Shown piece after piece: positions 18,115 through 27,426 of a stretch of DNA of 35,590 bases. The position numbers and the translations under genes are program-made. The notes under the pieces were generated by a model. It was not told where the DNA came from, did no database searches, and worked only from the letters and a program-made list of their open reading frames with translations. Source of the DNA: Candidatus Woesearchaeota archaeon (GTDB lineage: Archaea; Nanobdellota; Nanobdellia; Pacearchaeales; GW2011-AR1); contig CAZRXO010000004.1 of assembly GCA_964604105.1 (NCBI GenBank), positions 1 through 35,590 on the forward strand. The letters are read 5' to 3'. Position 1 is the first letter of the stretch; every line of letters starts with the position of its first letter.

Positions 18115-19179
18115 ATGAAAAAATCACAAGCATCAATAGGGAAAATTATTTTAATAATAGCCCTAATCTTTTTAGTTCTTTGGCTCTTCATAAAAATAAC
18201 TCACCCTTTTCAACCGCCAGAACCTCAAACACCAGAATCAAAATGGTTAATGCCTGAAGATTTCAATAATCAACCAGCATGGGGAATTAACAACGGAATT
18301 ATAATTAGCACATGGCCAGGAGACCTCGGAGGAATTGGCGGAGGCGGACCAAAAGGTTTATTCAGAATTTACAAACACGGCGACAAGGGTTTAGGTTGGA
18401 TGAATTTTTTATCATTAGAACCAACAACACAAAATAGTCTTCCAGGATTTAGTGAATTAGAATCAATTTTATTTGTTCCAAATCCTTATGCAAATTTAAA
18501 CAATCCAAATTCAATAATAGACAATAAACTCCCAGCATCATACGACAATTTAGCAACAATAACAAATGAAAATGGAATAGAACAATTAAATTTGCTTTTT
18601 GGAATTGAAAATTCTTTTGCAAACAACGGACACATTTATACAACAGCACATATTCGAAAAGACAAACCTGACGAAATTGAATTCAGATTTTATACACACG
18701 ACGACACAGCACCAATAAAAAAAATAAGATTAAGTTCAACAGCAGGAAATTTCAATCATATGAAATTATTATATTTAGCAAACGAAATAATTGACTCAAG
18801 AAATCTTTATGAAGGATATCAAGAAACAGGGAAAAGAGATTTTGCTCCGTGGACAACATTTGAATTTAATAAATTAAAAAAATTATCAGACAATTCAATA
18901 ATTGTAGCAACAACGCGAAGTGCCGACGACCCCGGAGAATTTTGGAATGATTTTTTCACACGATACGAATTAACTCAATACTTCAGAAAATACCCTGGCT
19001 CTTACGACGGCAACGAATTCTCCGCAGTAAACGCAAAATATGTTTTCTGGCACACAGGAAAACCAATTCCCGGAGGAGTCAGTTACGAAAACTTTGAACT
19101 CAACGACCCAATCTTCGAGCAAGGTCAACAAATTTGGTTTGGTGCAACAGACAAAACTCCGCAAGAACTTGGTTTCTAA
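18115..19179 (+). CDS. Secreted or membrane-anchored hypothetical protein, possible class III signal
   Basis: MKKS|QASIGKIILIIAL, Pro-rich linker, then an aromatic beta-rich domain. Confidence 0.8.
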   Translation: MKKSQASIGKIILIIALIFLVLWLFIKITHPFQPPEPQTPESKWLMPEDFNNQPAWGINNGIIISTWPGDLGGIGGGGPKGLFRIYKHGDKGLGWMNFLSLEPTTQNSLPGFSELESILFVPNPYANLNNPNSIIDNKLPASYDNLATITNENGIEQLNLLFGIENSFANNGHIYTTAHIRKDKPDEIEFRFYTHDDTAPIKKIRLSSTAGNFNHMKLLYLANEIIDSRNLYEGYQETGKRDFAPWTTFEFNKLKKLSDNSIIVATTRSADDPGEFWNDFFTRYELTQYFRKYPGSYDGNEFSAVNAKYVFWHTGKPIPGGVSYENFELNDPIFEQGQQIWFGATDKTPQELGF

Positions 19180-19192
19180 ATCAAATAAAAAA

Positions 19193-19264
19193 CGGGCGCA
19201 CGAGGAATCGAACCTCGATCAACAGGGCCGAAACCTGTTATTCTATCCGTTAAACTATGCGCCC
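19193..19264 (-). tRNA. tRNA-Arg(TCG), intronless, CCA not encoded
   Basis: GGGCGCA acceptor stem; anticodon arm ACAGG-TTTCGGC-CCTGT; T arm CGAGG-TTCGATT-CCTCG. Confidence 0.96.
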
Positions 19265-19303
19265 ACAAATTTAATACAAAATAAGACTTTTTATGTTTGT
19301 CGA

Positions 19304-20008
19304 TTAACCCAGAAGTTCTCCAGATTTTAATCCCAAACCCTTAGACAAAATATCTGCATGACCTGCAGCTGGAATCGGAAGATTATTAACTAAATCATTA
19401 TCCCAAATTAAATTTTTCTTAGGAACACAAAATTCATCCCATGTTGCCGAGTAAATATTAGTATATTCAATTTCATTAGGCAACTTTTGATTTTTTAATT
19501 CACGAATTAATTTCGAAGTCGGCAACATTTCTCGACAAGAAGGAATCAATAAAGAATATGGAAAAAATAATGGAACAATAGTTCCTTGATGGGGTGTCCC
19601 CATTGTATTAATTTTAGAAATTTTCTCTGGAGAAATATAACCACGCACCAAAGCAATTCTTAAAACAATCCCCCCCATACTTCTTCCAAAAATTTCAAAC
19701 CGCTCTCCATTAAAATTATCATCAACACATCTCCCTAATTTCTTTGCAATTTTGTAGATACTTTGGAAGCTATTAAAAACAAAGATTTTCGAATCCTTTG
19801 AAGAACAACCTTTTTTTACAACCCTACCATTTCCCTCACATAATCCCCCAACAAGAATTGAATCATATTTTGGTTTTGCAAAATTCGGATCTAAAAAATT
19901 TCCTAATTGAAAATAATCTTCCAAATCCCTAGAAAAATTAGCAGCCATATACCCCCCAATTGCACGACCTTCTCCTTTCATCCACTGCAATGCATTCATA
20001 AACCACAA
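19304..20008 (-). CDS. Alpha/beta hydrolase (small lipase/esterase-like)
   Basis: ILVGGL oxyanion region, GRSMGG nucleophile, MGTPHQGT, IYSATWDE, AGHADIL. Confidence 0.88.
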   Translation of the reverse strand: MWFMNALQWMKGEGRAIGGYMAANFSRDLEDYFQLGNFLDPNFAKPKYDSILVGGLCEGNGRVVKKGCSSKDSKIFVFNSFQSIYKIAKKLGRCVDDNFNGERFEIFGRSMGGIVLRIALVRGYISPEKISKINTMGTPHQGTIVPLFFPYSLLIPSCREMLPTSKLIRELKNQKLPNEIEYTNIYSATWDEFCVPKKNLIWDNDLVNNLPIPAAGHADILSKGLGLKSGELLG

Positions 20009-20080
20009 ACAACTTCTAACTTTTTAAAAATTTAGATAAACAACCAACACATTTTTAACTCCTCCAAACTTATTCTAAAT

Positions 20081-21358
20081 ATGCAAAAAGAACCAACAGC
20101 CCAGCCTGGAGATTTAGTAGAAATTCATTTAACGCGAAAAATCTACGAAGGGGTTTTACTTGAATCTTCTGAAGATGAAAAAAACATTGTTCTCATCAAA
20201 CTTGCAACAGGATATAATATTGGTTTTCTAAAAAAAGATGTTATTAAAATTAAAACAAAAAGAAAAGCAAAAGAAATTGAAACTAAATTAATTTTAAAAG
20301 CAGATTCTAAAAAACCAAACATTGCAATGATTATCACCGGCGGGACAATCGCCTCAAAACTCGACACAAAAACAGGGGCAGTACACCCATTAACAAACCC
20401 CCAAGAACTTTTCAAATTTTATCCTGAACTTTTTGAAAAAGTAAATGTTCTAAAAATAGAAATTCCATTCATGAAAGCATCAGAAGACATGGATTATAAA
20501 GACTGGCAAAAAATTGCAAAAACATCAGAAAAACTTTTGAACAATGATAATATCAAAGGAGTCATTATAACTCATGGAACAGATTTCCTACATTACACGT
20601 CAGCCGCACTTTCTTTTTTCTTGAAAGATTTAAACAAACCCGTTGTATTAACATATTCGCAACGAAGTATTGATAGGGCTTCATCAGATGCAAACTTAAA
20701 CTTGCAATGCGCAGGTTTAGCAGCAATCTCAGACATTGCAGAAGTTATGCTCGTCGGACATGCAAATCAAAACGACGAATTCTGTTATGCAATGCTCGGC
20801 ACAAAAGTTAGAAAAATGCATACTTCAAGACGAGATGCTTTTCAACCAATCAACACAAAACCAATTGCCAAGATATATCCTGAGAAGATAGAAATTCTAA
20901 GCGAGCATAAAACAAGAAATAAAAATAAAATTAAAGCAGATACCAAATTTGAAGAAAAGGTTGCATTAATTAAAATTTACCCTGGACAAGACCCGTCGAT
21001 ATTAGATTATTATCTTAAACAAAAATACAAAGGACTTATTTTAGAAATGGGTGGTTTAGGACATCTTCCTACAAAAAGAGCAAGAATTAGTTGGACAAAA
21101 AAATTAAAAGAGGTTCAAGAAAAAGGTTTAATAATTTGTGCCACAGCACAAACAGTTTATGGCAGATTAAATCCTCTCGTTTATTCAAATGGGAGAGAAC
21201 TTTTAGAGACAGGAATAATTTATCTTGAGGATATGCTTTCTGAAACAGCATTAGTAAAATTAGGTTGGGTATTAGGACATCCTGAATGGAAAGATAAAGT
21301 TAAAGAAAAAATGTTAGAAAATGTGGCAGGGGAATTAAATAATAGGTTGGAGAAATAA
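20081..21358 (+). CDS. gatD: Glu-tRNA(Gln) amidotransferase subunit D
   Basis: KLATGYNIG N-domain, TGGTIAS, HGTD, SQRSIDRASSDA, RKMHTSRRDAF. Confidence 0.97.
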   Translation: MQKEPTAQPGDLVEIHLTRKIYEGVLLESSEDEKNIVLIKLATGYNIGFLKKDVIKIKTKRKAKEIETKLILKADSKKPNIAMIITGGTIASKLDTKTGAVHPLTNPQELFKFYPELFEKVNVLKIEIPFMKASEDMDYKDWQKIAKTSEKLLNNDNIKGVIITHGTDFLHYTSAALSFFLKDLNKPVVLTYSQRSIDRASSDANLNLQCAGLAAISDIAEVMLVGHANQNDEFCYAMLGTKVRKMHTSRRDAFQPINTKPIAKIYPEKIEILSEHKTRNKNKIKADTKFEEKVALIKIYPGQDPSILDYYLKQKYKGLILEMGGLGHLPTKRARISWTKKLKEVQEKGLIICATAQTVYGRLNPLVYSNGRELLETGIIYLEDMLSETALVKLGWVLGHPEWKDKVKEKMLENVAGELNNRLEK

Positions 21359-21359
21359 A

Positions 21360-22028
21360 ATAAAAAAGAAATTCAAGGGTGATAAAAAGAAAGGCTCAGG
21401 ACTTTTAACAGGTTTTGACAAATGGCTGGCAAAAACACTTCTACCTTATGTCCCAAAATCAGTTCAAACATATCACTTAACATACACAACAATTATCTGG
21501 AGTGCATTAATTATCCTCGGCGGTTACTTAGCAAACTCAAATCTAAAATGGTTAATCTTTGTTTCATTAATGATATTCCTTCAATATATAACAGATTTAC
21601 TCGACGGTAAAGTCGGAAGAGAAAGAAACACTGGATTAATTCAATGGGGATATTACATGGACCATTTCCTCGATTATATTTTCCTGTGTTCAATTTTAAT
21701 AAGTTACTCATTAATGCTTCCGATAAACTATGATTTTATGATGTTATTAATTCTTGTTATCTTTGGGGGATTCATGGTAAATTCTTTCCTTGCATTCTCT
21801 GCAACAACAGAATTCAAAATCCATTATCTCGGTGTTGGTCCAACAGAAATCCGATTAGTCTTCATAATAATTAACACGCTAATAGTTATCTTCGGAAAAA
21901 GCTACATGATTTGGGCATTACCTTATGTTTTAGGGATTTCATTTTTAGGTTTAATTATAGTTATCTACAGAAAACAAAAATACATCTGGAAATTGGACGA
22001 AAAAATAAAAGGAAAAATTATCAACTAA
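21360..22028 (+). CDS. CDP-alcohol phosphatidyltransferase family protein; probable start upstream of the track ATG (ATA at 21360)
   Basis: DLLDGKVGR...GYYMDHFLD motif. The frame is open from 21339 and encodes KFKGDKKKGSG...PKSVQTYHLT plus TM segments before ATG 21570. Confidence 0.8.
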   Translation: MKKKFKGDKKKGSGLLTGFDKWLAKTLLPYVPKSVQTYHLTYTTIIWSALIILGGYLANSNLKWLIFVSLMIFLQYITDLLDGKVGRERNTGLIQWGYYMDHFLDYIFLCSILISYSLMLPINYDFMMLLILVIFGGFMVNSFLAFSATTEFKIHYLGVGPTEIRLVFIIINTLIVIFGKSYMIWALPYVLGISFLGLIIVIYRKQKYIWKLDEKIKGKIIN

Positions 22029-22030
22029 GA

Positions 22031-22459
22031 TTATTTCTTAGTCAATCTTCTTTCAATCCTATCCAATTGCTTTAATATCTTTATATTCTCTCTTTCAGCT
22101 TTTCTATTCACAGCATAATCATACTCTGCTCGCTGTCTATCTCTTTCTGCAGAACGATTTTGTGACATCAAAATTATCGGAGCTTGAATTGCAGCTAAAC
22201 AAGACAAACATAAATTCAAAAGAATAAATGGATAAGCATCCCATGCCCGACCAAATAAAATCCAAGTAGTATTAACAGCCATCCAAATTCCAAGAAAAAC
22301 AAAAAAACCAATAATAAACCCCCAACTACCAGCCCACCGAGTAATCCAATCTGCAGCCTTTTGCCCCTGTGTTAATTTATTTGTCGACGGCCCTGCAGCC
22401 ACAAGTTTAACAGCCTTATCTTTAAGCAATTTCAATTCACTCTCTTTTTTCACAACCAT
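22031..22459 (-). CDS. DUF1003 family membrane protein
   Basis: AGSWGFI...DAYPFILLNLCLSCLAAIQAPIILMSQNR. Confidence 0.93.
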   Translation of the reverse strand: MVVKKESELKLLKDKAVKLVAAGPSTNKLTQGQKAADWITRWAGSWGFIIGFFVFLGIWMAVNTTWILFGRAWDAYPFILLNLCLSCLAAIQAPIILMSQNRSAERDRQRAEYDYAVNRKAERENIKILKQLDRIERRLTKK

Positions 22460-22516
22460 AAATATATTTATGAAATGTTTTTTATAAATTTATTGTTTAG
22501 AAAAATTCCTTGAAAA

Positions 22517-23437
22517 TTACAAAAGTTCTCTTAATCTATCTACTCGAGAAGGGTGCCTTAATTTTCTTAATGCCCTTGCTTCAATTTGCCTTATTCGTTC
22601 TCTTGTAACATTAAAATATTCTCCGATTTCTTCAAGAGGTTTATCTTCATAAAATCTCATCTTAATTACTTCCCTCTCTCGCAAAGACAAAGTCATTAAC
22701 ACTTCTTCAATAGTCTCAATTCTTTCTTTCTCAAAATAACTTTCCTCAGAAGAATCTCTTCCAAAAGAAGATTGATATCCCCTTAAAAATCTAGAATAAT
22801 TTTCATCCCCTTCAACAAGATAGTCCAAAGAATTTGGATTTGTTGGAATCACATTATATCTCTCAAACTTCTTTTGTCTCTTTTCTTCTAATTCTTGTCT
22901 TATTTCACTTAGTTCCCTCGGAAGCCCAGCTTTGTTTCTTAATTTATAAATATCCCTATCAAATCTTGTCCGAAACACAGAAGAATATTTTAATTTAGAT
23001 AATTTATATGAAGGTGTGTCGGGGTTTTCTCTTATATACTCAATTAGTTCTTGCTCTCTTTTTTGCCATTCTTCTTCAGCATACTGATGTTGAGTAAATC
23101 TTTTTCTCACTGACAAACCTGCTTCTTCTTTTGCTTTGTTAAAAGACCGCCCATAAAATCTCAAAATTACTGGTTGAAAACCCAAATCTACTGCATCAGC
23201 ATATGTAGCATCAGGATATTTTCTTAACCATTTATCAAAAATTTCTTTCATATTGTGGAGATTCTTTATTTTTGCTCGAACTCCTGCATCTTGTTTTGCC
23301 CAATTTATTCCATGATGATAAAAAGAACATAAAATTCTCCTAAAATCTTCTTCCATCCTTCTAAAACTAATTTTAGGATTCTTCCTTAAATAATCAAAAA
23401 GATCTTCTTTATTTTTCTCAGTATATCTTTGACCCAT
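22517..23437 (-). CDS. Protein with three helical repeats and a C-terminal RpoD-like sigma-70 region 4
   Basis: [14 protein letters not shown]...[31 protein letters not shown]; no sigma region 2 visible. Confidence 0.85.
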   Translation of the reverse strand: MGQRYTEKNKEDLFDYLRKNPKISFRRMEEDFRRILCSFYHHGINWAKQDAGVRAKIKNLHNMKEIFDKWLRKYPDATYADAVDLGFQPVILRFYGRSFNKAKEEAGLSVRKRFTQHQYAEEEWQKREQELIEYIRENPDTPSYKLSKLKYSSVFRTRFDRDIYKLRNKAGLPRELSEIRQELEEKRQKKFERYNVIPTNPNSLDYLVEGDENYSRFLRGYQSSFGRDSSEESYFEKERIETIEEVLMTLSLREREVIKMRFYEDKPLEEIGEYFNVTRERIRQIEARALRKLRHPSRVDRLRELL

Positions 23438-23539
23438 AACAAAAATTGTATTTCTTAGTTTATAAAAGTTTTTATCGTAGTAACTTTGAGGGGGTTACAA
23501 AATACAAAGGTTTTTATAGGAAGTAATTCTATGAAAAGC

Positions 23540-24439
23540 ATGGCAAAAAAAGAAAAAAAAGTAATCAAATGCGAAGGGAGGTTTTCTCAATTAAGAGACT
23601 ATCTATACAATGAAGTAATTCCCACTGCAATGGAAAAGAGATCAATTATAAAAAAAGAAGATTTAACGGAAATGTGGGAACTTGCAAATCACGGCACAGA
23701 TTTACTTTATTTAGATCCAAAAGATCCATACTATCTGAGCAGAACAGACATGAATAGGAAGGGTCCCCCAGAAAACCCCCTTTCTCTTGTCCCATTATTA
23801 GAATCAGGACAATTTTATCTTGAACCAAAATTAATTAGTGAATATGCCTTAGAAATGGGAAACAATTCAGACCTTGCAACAAAATTAGCAAAAATGGGAG
23901 AGCATCCATTAGAATTTTGGAGAGGAACTCTCGGAAGAGAAGGAAACCACATAGTTTTTCCAAATGGAAAAAATATGGGGGAATACAAAATTTCTGGAAA
24001 TTTTGGAATTGGAACAATCGCTACCGGAGGGGTCCATGGAGGGGGAATTAGATCTGATTCTCCTTTTTTATTTGAAGTTCAAAAACAGAAATCTAATGGA
24101 GAAAGAGACCTAGTAGCATTAATAGGATTTTGGGCCCAAGAGAATAATATAGTTATTTATCAAATGCAATCATGCAAAAATGCAAATTTTCCCGATGGAG
24201 TTCCTTTTGGGGTGGGTTGCCTAAGAACTGCAGAATGCATTGCAAAAGAATTGGGTTTCAAAAAAATTATAGTTCCAACTGCAAGAATGCATCCAATATT
24301 TAGAGAATTCCCTGATAATTGGAGACAATTCGGTGCAGAGTTTGTTGCAATCTACGATAACTCCTCAAGCAAATTGGGTTATAATGGAAGCCGAAGATCT
24401 AACTCTCATGAAAAAGATTTAGCCGGAACATCCTGTTAA
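23540..24439 (+). CDS. Hypothetical protein; C-terminus possibly GNAT/VirK-like
   Basis: Long ORF. ATG 23540 preferred because TTTTTATA lies at 23511-23518. The fold guess rests only on IYQMQ...GVGCLRTAECIAKELGFKKIIV. Confidence 0.7.
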   Translation: MAKKEKKVIKCEGRFSQLRDYLYNEVIPTAMEKRSIIKKEDLTEMWELANHGTDLLYLDPKDPYYLSRTDMNRKGPPENPLSLVPLLESGQFYLEPKLISEYALEMGNNSDLATKLAKMGEHPLEFWRGTLGREGNHIVFPNGKNMGEYKISGNFGIGTIATGGVHGGGIRSDSPFLFEVQKQKSNGERDLVALIGFWAQENNIVIYQMQSCKNANFPDGVPFGVGCLRTAECIAKELGFKKIIVPTARMHPIFREFPDNWRQFGAEFVAIYDNSSSKLGYNGSRRSNSHEKDLAGTSC

Positions 24440-24476
24440 CCCAAAACCTTAAAACTTTCTTTCTCTTATCTCCTAT

Positions 24477-25934
24477 ATGCCTAAAATAGATTACAAAAAA
24501 CTCGGATTCAAAGCAGGTTTAGAAATTCATCAACAATTAGATTCACATAAACTTTTTTGTGAATGCCCGTCGATTTTAAGAAATGATGAACCAGAATTTG
24601 AAATCAAAAGAAAACTTCATGCAATTGCAGGAGAATCAGGTAAAATCGACATTGCAGCAAAACACGAAGCTGAAAAAGATAAAGAATTTATTTACCAATC
24701 CCACGACACAACATGCTTAGTTGAACTCGACGAAGAACCACCACATCAAATAAATCAAGAAGCATTACAAATCGCATTACACATTTCTCTTTTATTAAAT
24801 TGCGAAATTCAACCAATAACTCAAATAATGCGAAAAACAGTTATCGACGGCTCAAACACCTCAGGTTTCCAACGAACATTAATGATTGCACGCGACGGAT
24901 TTATAGAAACTTCAAAAGGCAAAGTTGGAATTTGGTATATTTATTTAGAAGAAGATGCAGCACGACCAACTTCGGGAAACGAGGAGGACATTGAAAAAGG
25001 ACATGTAAAAACTTACAAATTAGATAGATTGGGAACACCAATGGTAGAAATTGTCACAGCACCAGATATTCTCGACGCTGAACACGCAAAAGAAACAGCA
25101 CTAAAAATTGGAAACTTAATTCGAAGCGCACAAGTAAAACGAGGAATCGGAACAATTCGTCAGGACATAAACATCTCAATTAAAGGACATCCTCGAGCAG
25201 AAATCAAAGGTTTTCAAAATCCAAAGATAATGACTTCAACAGTTGAAAAAGAAATTGAAAGACAAAAAGAGAATTTAAAGAATAAAAAAGAACTGATTAG
25301 TGAAACAAGAAACTCAAATCCTGACTCAACAACAACTTTCATGAGACCACTTGCTGGAGAAGCCCGAATGTATCCTGAAACAGATTTACCTTTACTAAAA
25401 ATCTCACGAGACATAATTAATCAATCAAAAAAAACACTACCTCAATCAAGAGAAGAAACAGAAAAAGAACTCGCAAAACAAGGATTAAACCAAGATATGA
25501 TTAAACTTCTTTTCAAACAAAATAAAATCGAAGAGTTTAAAGAACTTCTAAAAATAATAAGTAAACCGCCACTTATTGCAAAAATTCTCCTCATGTTTCC
25601 CAAAGAAATTGCAAAAAAAGAAAATATTGATTTGGAAATTGTCGAAGAAAAACTCGAAGAGTATAATATAGAAATTTTAAATGCAATAAATAATAAAAAA
25701 ATTAATGAAAATGAAATAAAAGAAGTAATGATTAAATTGGCAAAGAACATAAATTTCGACGAAGCTATTAAAAAAGAAAAAGTAGATATAGAAAATATTG
25801 AAGAACAAATTAGAAAATTAATCAAAAGCAAACCAGGATTAAATCCAAATGCTCACATGGGATTAGTAATGAAAGAATTTGCAGGAAAAATTTCTGGGGC
25901 AGAAGCAATGGAAATAATTCATAAATTTTTGTGA
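24477..25934 (+). CDS. gatE: Glu-tRNA(Gln) amidotransferase subunit E (short form)
   Basis: GLEIHQQL, KLFCECP, DEEPPH, MRKTVIDGSNTSGFQRT, RGIGTIRQDINISI, ARMYPETDLP. Confidence 0.97.
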   Translation: MPKIDYKKLGFKAGLEIHQQLDSHKLFCECPSILRNDEPEFEIKRKLHAIAGESGKIDIAAKHEAEKDKEFIYQSHDTTCLVELDEEPPHQINQEALQIALHISLLLNCEIQPITQIMRKTVIDGSNTSGFQRTLMIARDGFIETSKGKVGIWYIYLEEDAARPTSGNEEDIEKGHVKTYKLDRLGTPMVEIVTAPDILDAEHAKETALKIGNLIRSAQVKRGIGTIRQDINISIKGHPRAEIKGFQNPKIMTSTVEKEIERQKENLKNKKELISETRNSNPDSTTTFMRPLAGEARMYPETDLPLLKISRDIINQSKKTLPQSREETEKELAKQGLNQDMIKLLFKQNKIEEFKELLKIISKPPLIAKILLMFPKEIAKKENIDLEIVEEKLEEYNIEILNAINNKKINENEIKEVMIKLAKNINFDEAIKKEKVDIENIEEQIRKLIKSKPGLNPNAHMGLVMKEFAGKISGAEAMEIIHKFL

Positions 25935-25992
25935 TTAGTAAGTTCTTTAGAAAAGTTGATGGAAGAGAAGTTATAGGGTATTATTCAAAAAT

Positions 25993-27108
25993 TTACCTCC
26001 TAATCATTTTTATTTCCTTAAATGCCTGATTAATCATTAATTTTGAAAGTTCACATTTAATTTTATTTGGCTTTGAAAAATTTTCTGAGGATTGATAATT
26101 TTCATTAAAACATCCCCCACCACAAATATATTTAATAGAACATTTACTACAAGGAGACATTTTATCAACAGATAATTTATTTAATCTGTCACACTTTTCT
26201 TTATTTAAATTAAGACTATTCCCACTAACTTTTCCCGCAACAAAAGGAGAATCAAAATCATCATGAATTGCCCTCACACATTTAGTTATCTTCCCGTCTG
26301 CAGTTACTGCAATCCTATTTCCCCTAACAAACTGGCAAAAATAATCTCGAGGGTTAAACAAATTTCTTAATGCCCAATTTGAAACATAAACTATTCTTCC
26401 TGTTTTTTTTGAAAATTCTCTTGCAACTTTTGCAGCCTTAAAAAAATATTCAACAAATTCTTCTGGATTAACAGATTTTAATTTTGTTTTTATTGCACGC
26501 CCATCAATTAACAAAGCTTCTAAACGAATATGGTTTATTCCCAGCCCCAAGATATATTTTACAATTAAAGGCATAGTTTTTATAGTTTCATTTGTAACAA
26601 CAACTTTTAATCTAATTTTAGATTTACTTTTAACTAACAAACTAATTAATCTTTCAATATAATACGAGGATTTTAAATTTCCTTTTACAAATGGTCTTTG
26701 TTTATTATGAAATTTAGGAGGACCATCACAGCAAATATCAAATCTAAACTTTTTTGAAATCATCCAAATTATATTTTCTTCACTAGTAACACCATTTGTG
26801 CTTATCCAATAATTTGAATCAATTTTTTCTTTTTCTAAAAATTCCACAACAGTTTTTATTGTGTCTATTCTTAATGTTGGTTCTCCTCCAAAAAAATGTA
26901 TATTTAATTTTGGTTCTTTTACATTTGAAATAAATTTATTAAAATTTTTTATTATTATTCTAAGATAAGACACTGCAATTTTTGGACTCATTTCTTGTGA
27001 ATCTTCCATAGTACAAGAAACACAATCTCTTTTATCATCAAAACAATAAATACAATTAAGAGGACACTTAGAAGTAAGATATAATGTTATAGAAAGTCGT
27101 TCTTCCAT
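25993..27108 (-). CDS. Radical SAM/SPASM domain enzyme, candidate peptide maturase
   Basis: CPLNCIYC, FFGGEPTL, STNG, DGP..HNKQR; SPASM C-x18-C ... Cx2Cx5Cx3C-x18-C. Confidence 0.93.
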   Translation of the reverse strand: MEERLSITLYLTSKCPLNCIYCFDDKRDCVSCTMEDSQEMSPKIAVSYLRIIIKNFNKFISNVKEPKLNIHFFGGEPTLRIDTIKTVVEFLEKEKIDSNYWISTNGVTSEENIIWMISKKFRFDICCDGPPKFHNKQRPFVKGNLKSSYYIERLISLLVKSKSKIRLKVVVTNETIKTMPLIVKYILGLGINHIRLEALLIDGRAIKTKLKSVNPEEFVEYFFKAAKVAREFSKKTGRIVYVSNWALRNLFNPRDYFCQFVRGNRIAVTADGKITKCVRAIHDDFDSPFVAGKVSGNSLNLNKEKCDRLNKLSVDKMSPCSKCSIKYICGGGCFNENYQSSENFSKPNKIKCELSKLMINQAFKEIKMIRR

Positions 27109-27109
27109 T

Positions 27110-27424
27110 CTAATTCTCTAATTCTAAAGTTTCCTTGACCTTCTTGGCTAAACCTTTCACTTTTATTTCAAGAACAACAGGAAATTTTTTTTTAGGGGAA
27201 TACATTGCAAGATATATCACCTCCTCTTCACCAATTCTAACAGAAACATGGTAATTTCCATTATAAGAAGTAGGTTCGGATTTTTTATCCCTATAAGAAT
27301 CATCAACAAAATTTCCTAAACCCACAAGAATTGCAGTAGGTCCACCTATAACTATTGCTTTTTCTTTAAATTCTTTAGTTAAAGCCCTTACTTCTTCAAG
27401 AGTTTCATAAACTTGAATTTTCAT
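27110..27424 (-). CDS. Hypothetical 104-aa protein in the radical SAM operon
   Basis: ATG 27424 (MKIQVYET) lies 2 nt after the peptide stop; its own stop lies 1 nt before the rSAM ATG. Confidence 0.75.
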   Translation of the reverse strand: MKIQVYETLEEVRALTKEFKEKAIVIGGPTAILVGLGNFVDDSYRDKKSEPTSYNGNYHVSVRIGEEEVIYLAMYSPKKKFPVVLEIKVKGLAKKVKETLELEN

Positions 27425-27426
27425 TT

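Noticed and set aside
19040-19330. 96-aa ORF
   Set aside because: It spans the tRNA-Arg on the opposite strand.
18115-20008. Integrated mobile element at tRNA-Arg
   Set aside because: No integrase and no duplicated tRNA 3' end seen in the window.
25993-27108. Anaerobic sulfatase maturase acting on the gene at 33510
   Set aside because: That protein has a Thr-type NPP motif, not (C/S)xPxR, and is not linked. It cannot be fully excluded for sulfatases elsewhere in the genome.
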